Part shown: one piece after another, positions 52,601 to 64,000 of the stretch | Numbering within the stretch: position 1 is the first letter of the stretch | Layout: each line of letters begins with the position of its first letter | NCBI GenBank assembly: GCA_964057225.1 | Contig: OZ059898.1 | Span: 18,414,001 to 18,478,000 of the forward strand | DNA length: 64,000 bases | From: Auanema rhodensis | Lineage: Eukaryota; Animalia; Nematoda | Direction of reading: 5' to 3' | Made by a program: the position numbers and the translations under genes | The notes under the pieces: model-generated | The model's database searches: none | What the model saw: the letters and a program-made list of their open reading frames with translations, nothing else | What the model was told of the DNA's origin: nothing

Positions 52601-55600
52601 ATATTGGTGCATGGTAACCATGACTTTGAAATTTACGTGAACTTTAATTTATGCTAATTAAGTGTACACGTGATGTGCACTTGGTATGTAACTCGCTTCA
52701 CGTGAAAGATAAAGAGATGCGGTTTTCAAAATTAGATTCCGCATGTCCATATTAGTCTAAAAACAAATTTTTGTTGATATTGGTGGATGGTAACCATGAC
52801 TTTGAAATTTACGTGAACTTTAATTTATGCTAATTAAGTGTACACGTGATGTGCACTTGGTATGTAACTCGCTTCACGTGAAAAATAAAGAGATGCGGTT
52901 TTCAAAATTAGATTCCCCATGTCCATATTAGTCTAAAAACAAATTTTTATTGATATTGGTGCATGGTAACCATGACTTTGAAATTTACGTGAACTTTAAT
53001 TTATGCTAATTAAGTGTACTCGTGATGTGCACTTGGTATGTAACTCGCTTCACGTGAAAGATAAAGAGATGCGGTTTTCAAAATTAGATTCCTCATGTCC
53101 ATATTAGTCTAAAAACAAATTTTTATTGGTATTGGTGCATGGCAACTATGACTTTTAAATTTACGTGTACTTTAATTTATGCTAATTAAGTGTACACATG
53201 ATGTGCACTTGGTATGTAACTCGCTTCACGTGAAAGATAAAGAGATGCGGTTTACAAAATTAGATTTCGCATGTCCATATTAGTCTAAAAACAAAGTTTT
53301 ATTGATATTGGTGCATGGTAACCATGACTTTGAAATTTACGTGAACTTTAATTTATGCTAATTAAGTGTACACGTGATGTGCACTTGGTATGTAACTCGC
53401 TTCACGTGAAAGATAAAGAGATGCGGTTTTCAAAATTAGATTCCCCATGTCCATATTAGTCTAAAAACAAATTTTTATTGATATTGGTGCATGGTAACTA
53501 TGACTTTGAAATTTACGTGAACTTTAATTTATGCTAATTAAGTGTACACATGATGTGCACTTGGTATGTAACTCGCTTCACGTGAAAGATAAAGAGATGC
53601 GGTTTTCAAAATTAGATTCCTCATGTCCATATTAGTCTAAAAACGAATTTTTATTGATATTGATGCATGGTAACCATGACTTTGAAATTTACGTGAACTT
53701 TAATTTATGCTAATTAAGTGTACACGTGATGTGCACTTGGTATGTAACTCGCTTCAGGTAAAAGATAAAGAGATGCGGTTTTCAAAATTAGATTCCCCAT
53801 GTCCATATTAGTCTAAAAACAAATTTGTATTGATATTGGTGCATGGTAACCATGACTTTGAAATTTACGTGAACTTTAATTTATGCTAATTAAGTGTACT
53901 CGTGATGTGCACTTGGTATGTAACTCGCTTCACGTGAAAGATAAAGAGATGCGGTTTTCAAAATTAGATTCCTCATGTCCATATTAGTCTAAAAACAAAT
54001 TTTTATTGGTATTGGTGCATGGCAACTATGACTTTTAAATTTACGTGTACTTTAATTTATGCTAATTAAGTGTACACATGATGTGCACTTGGTATGTAAC
54101 TCGCTTCACGTGAAAGATAAAGAGATGCGGTTTACAAAATTAGATTTCGCATGTCCATATTAGTCTAAAAACAAAGTTTTATTGATATTGGTGCATGGTA
54201 ACCATGACTTTGAAATTTACGTGAACTTTAATTTATGCTAATTAAGTGTACACGTGATGTGCACTTGGTATGTAACTCGCTTCACGTGAAAGATAAAGAG
54301 ATGCGGTTTTCAAAATTAGATTCCGCATGTCCATATTAGTCTAAAAACAAATTTTTGTTGATATTGGTGGATGGTAACCATGACTTTGAAATTTACGTGA
54401 ACTTTAATTTATGCTAATTAAGTGTACACGTGATGTGCACTTGGTATGTAACTCGCTTCACGTGAAAAATAAAGAGATGCGGTTTTCAAAATTAGATTCC
54501 CCATGTCCATATTAGTCTAAAAACAAATTTTTATTGATATTGGTGCATGGTAACCATGACTTTGAAATTTACGTGAACTTTAATTTATGCTAATTAAGTG
54601 TACTCGTGATGTGCACTTGGTATGTAACTCGCTTCACGTGAAAGATAAAGAAATGCGGTTTTCAAAATTAGATTCCCCATGTCCATTTTAGTCTAAAAAC
54701 AAATTTTTATTGATATTGGTGCATGGTAACTATGACTTTGAAATTTACGTGAATTTTAATTTATGCTAATTAAGTGTACACATGATGTGCACTTGGTATG
54801 TAACTCGCTTCACGTGAAAAATAAAGAGATGCGGTTTTCAAAATTAGATTCCCCATGTCCATATTAGTCTAAAAACAAATTTTTATTGATATTGGTGCAT
54901 GGTAACCATGACTTTGAAATTTACGTGAACTTTAATTTATGCTAATTAAGTGTACACGTGAAGTGCACTTGGTATGTAACTCGCTTCACGTGAAAGATAA
55001 AGAGATGCGGTTTTCAAAATTAGATTCCCCATGTCCATATTAGTCTTAAAACAAATTTTTATTGATATTGGTGCATGGTAACCATGACTTTGAAATTTAC
55101 GTGAACTTTAATTTATGCTAATTAAGTGTACACATGATGTGCACTTGGTATGTAACTCGCTTCACGTGAAAGATAAAGAGATGCGGTTTACAAAATTAGA
55201 TTCCTCATGTCCATATTAGTCTAAAAACAAATTTTTATTGGTATTGGTGCATGGCAACTATGACTTTGAAATTTACGTGAACTTTAATTTATGCTAATTA
55301 AGTGTACACGTGATGTGCACTTGGTATGTAACTCGCTTCACGTGAAAGATAAAGAGATGCGGTTTTCAAAATTAGATTCCGCATGTCCATATTAGTCTAA
55401 AAACAAATTTTTGTTGATATTGGTGGATGGTAACCATGACTTTGAAATTTACGTGAACTTTAATTTATGCTAATTAAGTGTACACGTGATGTGCACTTGG
55501 TATGTAACTCGCTTCACGTGAAAAATAAAGAGATGCGGTTTTCAAAATTAGATTCCCCATGTCCATATTAGTCTAAAAACAAATTTTTATTGATATTGGT

Positions 55601-58600
55601 GCATGGTAACCATGACTTTGAAATTTACGTGAACTTTAATTTATGCTAATTAAGTGTACTCGTGATGTGCACTTGGTATGTAACTCGCTTCACGTGAAAG
55701 ATAAAGAGATGCGGTTTTCAAAATTAGATTCCTCATGTCCATATTAGTCTAAAAACAAATTTTTATTGGTATTGGTGCATGGCAACTATGACTTTTAAAT
55801 TTACGTGTACTTTAATTTATGCTAATTAAGTGTACACATGATGTGCACTTGGTATGTAACTCGCTTCACGTGAAAGATAAAGAGATGCGGTTTACAAAAT
55901 TAGATTTCGCATGTCCATATTAGTCTAAAAACAAAGTTTTATTGATATTGGTGCATGGTAACCATGACTTTGAAATTTACGTGAACTTTAATTTATGCTA
56001 ATTAAGTGTACACGTGATGTGCACTTGGTATGTAACTCGCTTAACGTGAAAGATAAAGAGATGCGGTTTTCAAAATTAGATTCCGCATGTCCATATTAGT
56101 CTAAAAACAAATTTTTATTAATATTGGTGCATGGTAACTATGACTTTGAAATTTACGTGAACTTTAATTTATGCTAATTAAGTGTACACATGATGTGCAC
56201 TTGGTATGTAACTCGCTTCACGTGAAAGATAAAGAGATGCGGTTTTCAAAATTAGATTCCCCATGTCCATTTTAGTCTAAAAACAAATTTTTATTGATAT
56301 TGGTGCATGGTAACTATGACTTTGAAATTTACGTGAATTTTAATTTATGCTAATTAAGTGTACACATGATGTGCACTTGGTATGTAACTCGCTTCACGTG
56401 AAAAATAAAGAGATGCGGTTTTCAAAATTAGATTCCCCATGTCCATATTAGTCTAAAAACAAATTTTTATTGATATTGGTGCATGGTAACCATGACTTTG
56501 AAATTTACGTGAACTTTAATTTATGCTAATTAAGTGTACACGTGAAGTGCACTTGGTATGTAACTCGCTTCACGTGAAAGATAAAGAGATGCGGTTTTCA
56601 AAATTAGATTCCCCATGTCCATATTAGTCTTAAAACAAATTTTTGTTGATATTGGTGGATGGTAACCATGACTTTGAAATTTACGTGAACTTTAATTTAT
56701 GCTAATTAAGTGTACACGTGATGTGCACTTGGTATGTAACTCGCTTCACGTGAAAAATAAAGAGATGCGGTTTTCAAAATTAGATTCCCCATGTCCATAT
56801 TAGTCTAAAAACAAATTTTTATTGATATTGGTGCATGGTAACCATGACTTTGAAATTTACGTGAACTTTAATTTATGCTAATTAAGTGTACTCGTGATGT
56901 GCACTTGGTATGTAACTCGCTTCACGTGAAAGATAAAGAGATGCGGTTTTCAAAATTAGATTCCTCATGTCCATATTAGTCTAAAAACAAATTTTTATTG
57001 GTATTGGTGCATGGCAACTATGACTTTTAAATTTACGTGTACTTTAATTTATGCTAATTAAGTGTACACATGATGTGCACTTGGTATGTAACTCGCTTCA
57101 CGTGAAAGATAAAGAGATGCGGTTTACAAAATTAGATTTCGCATGTCCATATTAGTCTAAAAACAAAGTTTTATTGATATTGGTGCATGGTAACCATGAC
57201 TTTGAAATTTACGTGAACTTTAATTTATGCTAATTAAGTGTACACGTGATGTGCACTTGGTATGTAACTCGCTTAACGTGAAAGATAAAGAGATGCGGTT
57301 TTCAAAATTAGATTCCGCATGTCCATATTAGTCTAAAAACAAATTTTTGTTGATATTGGTGGATGGTAACCATGACTTTGAAATTTACGTGAACTTTAAT
57401 TTATGCTAATTAAGTGTACACATGATGTGCACTTGGTATGTAACTCGCTTCACGTGAAAGATAAAGAGATGCGGTTTTCAAAATTAGATTCCGCATGTCC
57501 ATATTAGTCTAAAAACAAATTTTTATTGATATTGGTGCATGGTAACCATGACTTTGAAATTTACGTGAACTTTAATTTATGCTAATTGAGTGTACACGTG
57601 ATGTGCACTTGGTATGTAACTCGCTTCACGTCAAAGATAAAGAGATGCGGTTTTCAAAATTAGATTCCCCATGTCCATATTAGTCTAAAAACAAATTTTT
57701 ATTGATATTGGTGCATGGTAACCATGACTTTGAAGTTTACGTGAACTTTAATTTATGCTAATTAAGTGTACACGTGATGTGCACTTGGTATGTAACTCGC
57801 TTAACGTGAAAGATAAAGAGATGCGGTTTTCAAAATTAGATTCCGCATGTCCATATTAGTCTAAAAACAAATTTTTATTAATATTGGTGCATGGTAACTA
57901 TGACTTTGAAATTTACGTGAACTTTAATTTATGCTAATTAAGTGTACACATGATGTGCACTTGGTATGTAACTCGCTTCACGTGAAAGATAAAGAGATGC
58001 GGTTTTCAAAATTAGATTCCGCATGTCCATATTAGTCTAAAAACAAATTTTTATTGATATTGGTGCATGGTAACCATGACTTTGAAATTTACGTGAACTT
58101 TAATTTATGCTAATTAAGTGTACACGTGATGTGCACTTGGTATGTAACTCGCTTCACGTGAAAGACAAAGAGATGCGGTTTTCAAAATTAGATTCCCCAT
58201 GTCCATATTAGTCTAAAAACAAATTTTTATTGATATTGGTGCATGGTAACTATGACTTTGAAATTTACGTGAACTTTAATTTATGCTAATTAAGTGTACA
58301 CATGATGTGCACTTGGTATGTAACTCGCTTCACGTCAAAGATAAAGAGATGCGGTTTTCAAAATTAGATTTCGCATGTCCATATTAGTCTAAAAACAAAT
58401 TTTTATTGATATTGGTGCATGGTAACCATGACTTTGAAATTTACGTGAACTTTAATTTATGCTAATTAAGTGTACACATGATGTGCACTTGGTATGTAAC
58501 TCGCTTCACGTGAAAGATAAAGAGATGCGGTTTTCAAAATCAGATTTCGCATGTCCATATTAGTCTAAAAACAAATTTTTATTGATATTGGTGCATGGTA

Positions 58601-61600
58601 ACCATGACTTTGAAATTTACGTGAACTTTAATTTATGCTAATTAAGTGTACACGTGATGTGCACTTGGTATGTAACTCGCTTCACGTGAAAGATAAAGAG
58701 ATGCGGTTTTCAAAATTAGATTCCCCATGTCCATTTTAGTCTAAAAACAAATTTTTATTGATATTGGTGCATGGTAACTATGACTTTGAAATTTACGTGA
58801 ATTTTAATTTATGCTAATTAAGTGTACACATGATGTGCACTTGGTATGTAACTCGCTTCACGTCAAAGATAAAGAGATGCGGTTTTCGAAATTAGATTTC
58901 GCATGTCCATATTAGTCTAAAAACAAATTTTTATTGATATTGGTGCATGGTAACCATGACTTTGAAATTTACGTGAACTTTAATTTATGCTAATTAAGTG
59001 TACACGTGATGTGCACTTGGTATGTAACTCGCTTCACGTGAAAGATAAAGAGATGCGGTTTTCAAAATTAGATTCCTCATGTCCATATTAGTCTAAAAAC
59101 GAATTTTTATTGATATTGATGCATGGTAACCATGACTTTGAAATTTACGTGAACTTTAATTTATGCTAATTAAGTGTACACGTGATGTGCACTTGGTATG
59201 TAACTCGCTTCAGGTGAAAGATAAAGAGATGCGGTTTTCAAAATTAGATTCCCCATGTCCATATTAGTCTAAAAACAAATTTTTATTGGTATTGGTGCAT
59301 GGCAACTATGACTTTTAAATTTACGTGTACTTTAATTTATGCTAATTAAGTGTACACGTGATGTGCACTTGGTATGTAACTCGCTTCACGTGAAAGATAA
59401 AGGGATGCGGTTTTCAAAATTAGATTCCCCATGTCCATATTAGTCTAAAAACAAATTTTTGTTGATATTGGTGGATGGTAACCATGACTTTGAAATTTAC
59501 GTGAACTTTAATTTATGCTAATTAAGTGTACACGTGATGTGCACTTGGTATGTAACTCGCTTCACGTGAAAGATAAAGAGATGCGATTTTCAAAATTAGA
59601 TTCCCCATGTCCATATTAGTCTAAAAACAAATTTTTATTGATATTGGTGCATGGTAACCATGACTTTGAAATTTACGTGAACTTTAATTTATGCTAATTA
59701 AGTGTACACATGATGTGCACTTGGTATGTAACTCGCTTCACGTGAAAGATAAAGAGATTCGGTTTTCAAATTTAGATTTCGCATGTCCATATTAGTCTAA
59801 AAACGAATTTTTATTGATATTGGTGCATGGTAACCATGACTTTGAAATTTACGTGAACTTTAATTTATGCTAATTAAGTGTACACGTGATGTGCACTTGG
59901 TATGTAACTCGCTTCACGTGAAAGATAAAGAGATGCGGTTTTCAAAATTAGATTCCCCATGTCCATATTAGTCTAAAAACAAATTTTTATTGATATTGGT
60001 GCATGGTAACCATGACTTTGAAATTTACGTGAACTTTAATTTATGCTAATTAAGTGTACACGTGATGTGCACTTGGTATGTAACTCGCTTCACGTGAAAG
60101 ATAAAGAGATGCGGTTTTCAAAATTAGGTTCCCCATGTCCATATTAGTCTAAAAACAAATTTTTGTTGATATTGGTGGATGGTAACCATGACTTTCAAAT
60201 TTACGTGAACTTTAATTCATGCTAATTAAGTGTACACATGATGTGCACTTGGTATGTAACTCGCTTCACGTCAAAGATAAAGAGATGCGGTTTTCAAAAT
60301 TAGATTTCGCATGTCCATATTAGTCTAAAAACAAATTTTTATTGATATTGGTGCATGGTAACCATGACTTTGAAATTTACGTGAACTTTAATTTATGCTA
60401 ATTAAGTGTACACGTGATGTGCACTTGGTATGTAACTCGCTTCACGTGAAAGATAAAGAGATGCGGTTTTCAAAATTAGATTCCCCATGTCCATATTAGT
60501 CTAAAAACAAATTTTTATTGATATTGGTGCATGGCAACCATGACTTCAAAATTTACGTGTACTTTAATTTATGCTAATTAAGTGTACACATGATGTGCAC
60601 TTGGTATGTAACTCGCTTCACGTCAAAGATAAAGAGATGCGGTTTTCAAAATTAGATTCCGCATGTCCATATTAGTCTAAAAACAAATTTTTGTTGATAT
60701 TGGTGGATGGTAACCATGACTTTGAAATTTACGTGAACTTTAATTTATGCTAATTAAGTGTACACGTGATGTGCACTTGGTATGTAACTCGCTTCACGTG
60801 AAAAATAAAGAGATGCGGTTTTCAAAATTAGATTCCCCATGTCCATATTAGTCTAAAAACAAATTTTTATTGATATTGGTGCATGGTAACCATGACTTTG
60901 AAATTTACGTGAACTTTAATTTATGCTAATTAAGTGTACTCGTGATGTGCACTTGGTATGTAACTCGCTTCACGTGAAAGATAAAGAGATGCGGTTTTCA
61001 AAATTAGATTCCTCATGTCCATATTAGTCTAAAAACAAATTTTTATTGGTATTGGTGCATGGCAACTATGACTTTTAAATTTACGTGTACTTTAATTTAT
61101 GCTAATTAAGTGTACACATGATGTGCACTTGGTATGTAACTCGCTTCACGTGAAAGATAAAGAGATGCGGTTTACAAAATTAGATTTCGCATGTCCATAT
61201 TAGTCTAAAAACAAAGTTTTATTGATATTGGTGCATGGTAACCATGACTTTGAAATTTACGTGAACTTTAATTTATGCTAATTAAGTGTACACGTGATGT
61301 GCACTTGGTATGTAACTCGCTTAACGTGAAAGATAAAGAGATGCGGTTTTCAAAATTAGATTCCGCATGTCCATATTAGTCTAAAAACAAATTTTTATTG
61401 ATATTGGTGCATGGTAACCATGACTTTGAAATTTACGTGAACTTTAATTTATGCTAATTAAGTGTACACATGATGTGCACTTGGTATGTAACTCGCTTCA
61501 CGTGAAAGATAAAGAGATGCGGTTTTCAAAATCAGATTTCGCATGTCCATATTAGTCTAAAAACAAAGTTTTATTGATATTGGTGCATGGTAACCATGAC

Positions 61601-64000
61601 TTTGAAATTTACGTGAACTTTAATTTATGCTAATTAAGTGTACACGTGATGTGCACTTGGTATGTAACTCGCTTCACGTCAAAGATAAAGAGATGCGGTT
61701 TTCAAAATTAGATTTCGCATGTCCATATTAGTCTAAAAACAAATTTTTATTGATATTGGTGCATGGTAACCATGACTTTGAAATTTACGTGAACTTTAAT
61801 TTATGCTAATTAAGTGTACACATGATGTGCACTTGGTATGTAACTCGCTTCACGTGAAAGATAAAGAGATGCGGTTTTCAAAATCAGATTTCGCATGTCC
61901 ATATTAGTCTAAAAACAAATTTTTATTGATATTGGTGCATGGTAACCATGACTTTGAAATTTACGTGAACTTTAATTTATGCTAATTAAGTGTACACGTG
62001 ATGTGCACTTGGTATGTAACTCGCTTCACGTGAAAGATAAAGAGATGCGGTTTTCAAAATTAGATTCCCCATGTCCATTTTAGTCTAAAAACAAATTTTT
62101 ATTGATATTGGTGCATGGTAACTATGACTTTGAAATTTACGTGAATTTTAATTTATGCTAATTAAGTGTACACATGATGTGCACTTGGTATGTAACTCGC
62201 TTCACGTCAAAGATAAAGAGATGCGGTTTTCGAAATTAGATTTCGCATGTCCATATTAGTCTAAAAACAAATTTTTATTGATATTGGTGCATGGTAACCA
62301 TGACTTTGAAATTTACGTGAACTTTAATTTATGCTAATTAAGTGTACACGTGATGTGCACTTGGTATGTAACTCGCTTCACGTGAAAGATAAAGAGATGC
62401 GGTTTTCAAAATTAGATTCCTCATGTCCATATTAGTCTAAAAACGAATTTTTATTGATATTGATGCATGGTAACCATGACTTTGAAATTTACGTGAACTT
62501 TAATTTATGCTAATTAAGTGTACACGTGATGTGCACTTGGTATGTAACTCGCTTCAGGTGAAAGATAAAGAGATGCGGTTTTCAAAATTAGATTCCCCAT
62601 GTCCATATTAGTCTAAAAACAAATTTTTATTGGTATTGGTGCATGGCAACTATGACTTTTAAATTTACGTGTACTTTAATTTATGCTAATTAAGTGTACA
62701 CATGATGTGCACTTGGTATGTAACTCGCTTCACGTGAAAGATAAAGAGATGCGGTTTACAAAATTAGATTTCGCATGTCCATATTAGTCTAAAAACAAAG
62801 TTTTATTGATATTGGTGCATGGTAACCATGACTTTGAAATTTACGTGAACTTTAATTTATGCTAATTAAGTGTACACGTGATGTGCACTTGGTATGTAAC
62901 TCGCTTCACGTGAAAGATAAAGAGATGCGGTTTTCAAAATTAGATTCCGCATGTCCATATTAGTCTAAAAACAAATTTTTGTTGATATTGGTGGATGGTA
63001 ACCATGACTTTGAAATTTACGTGAACTTTAATTTATGCTAATTAAGTGTACACGTGATGTGCACTTGGTATGTAACTCGCTTCACGTGAAAAATAAAGAG
63101 ATGCGGTTTTCAAAATTAGATTCCCCATGTCCATATTAGTCTAAAAACAAATTTTTATTGATATTGGTGCATGGTAACCATGACTTTGAAATTTACGTGA
63201 ACTTTAATTTATGCTAATTAAGTGTACACGTGATGTGCACTTGGTATGTAACTCGCTTAACGTGAAAGATAAAGAGATGCGGTTTTCAAAATTAGATTCC
63301 GCATGTCCATATTAGTCTAAAAACAAATTTTTATTAATATTGGTGCATGGTAACTATGACTTTGAAATTTACGTGAACTTTAATTTATGCTAATTAAGTG
63401 TACACATGATGTGCACTTGGTATGTAACTCGCTTCACGTGAAAGATAAAGAGATGCGGTTTTCAAAATTAGATTCCGCATGTCCATATTAGTCTAAAAAC
63501 AAATTTTTATTGATATTGGTGCATGGTAACCATGACTTTGAAATTTACGTGAACTTTAATTTATGCTAATTAAGTGTACACGTGATGTGCACTTGGTATG
63601 TAACTCGCTTCACGTGAAAGATAAAGAGATGCGGTTTTCAAAATTAGATTCCCCATGTCCATATTAGTCTAAAAACAAATTTTTATTGATATTGGTGCAT
63701 GGTAACTATGACTTTGAAATTTACGTGAACTTTAATTTATGCTAATTAAGTGTACACATGATGTGCACTTGGTATGTAACTCGCTTCACGTCAAAGATAA
63801 AGAGATGCGGTTTTCAAAATTAGATTTCGCATGTCCATATTAGTCTAAAAACAAATTTTTATTGATATTGGTGCATGGTAACCATGACTTTGAAATTTAC
63901 GTGAACTTTAATTTATGCTAATTAAGTGTACACATGATGTGCACTTGGTATGTAACTCGCTTCACGTGAAAGATAAAGAGATGCGGTTTTCAAAATCAGA
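43684..64000 (+). repeat. SatC tandem satellite array, 176-bp monomer, about 115 copies; runs off the right edge (strand label arbitrary)
   Basis: tgtacac occurs at 43687, 43863 and onward. The register is exact every 2640 bp (15 monomers): agtgtacac at 43861, 46501, 49141, 51781, 54421, 57061, 59701, 62341. Confidence 0.98.

Noticed and set aside
1-64000. CRISPR-like array, suggested by palindromic repeats at regular spacing
   Set aside because: There are no unique spacers, whole monomers are repeated, and no cas genes are present.
1-64000. Assignment to a named satellite or species (for example ~350-360-bp insect satellites or the 178-bp plant centromeric repeat)
   Set aside because: Only the lengths are similar and I do not recognise the sequences. 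A BLAST or Dfam/Repbase search of the three consensus monomers is needed.

Overview
The whole window is AT-rich tandem satellite DNA of the type found in eukaryotic heterochromatin or (peri)centromeres. I find no supportable protein-coding gene, RNA gene, CRISPR array or transposon, and I cannot name the organism or the satellite families. There are three families, with working names and arbitrary orientation labels. SatA has a 351-bp monomer, SatB has 176/181/182-bp monomers, and SatC has a 176-bp monomer. The order is SatA(-) 1-13384, SatB(-) 13386-14220, a 38-bp filler, SatB(+) 14259-17543, SatA(+) 17544-43683, SatC 43684-64000. The left two-thirds is therefore a large inverted arrangement centred in a small SatB island. 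All ORFs in the track are by-products of the repeats. The points of interest are structural. (1) A snap-back/templated-insertion scar lies at about 9.0-9.1 kb. (2) The inversion centre has a patchwork filler. (3) A near-identical 12-mer, TAA[C/A]ATGTACAC, sits at two different family junctions. (4) Collinear similarity suggests SatB is related to one half of SatA. (5) All three families share a ~176-bp unit length. (6) There are local higher-order repeats, and older variants are retained at array edges. I do not see evidence for a new gene-encoded system.
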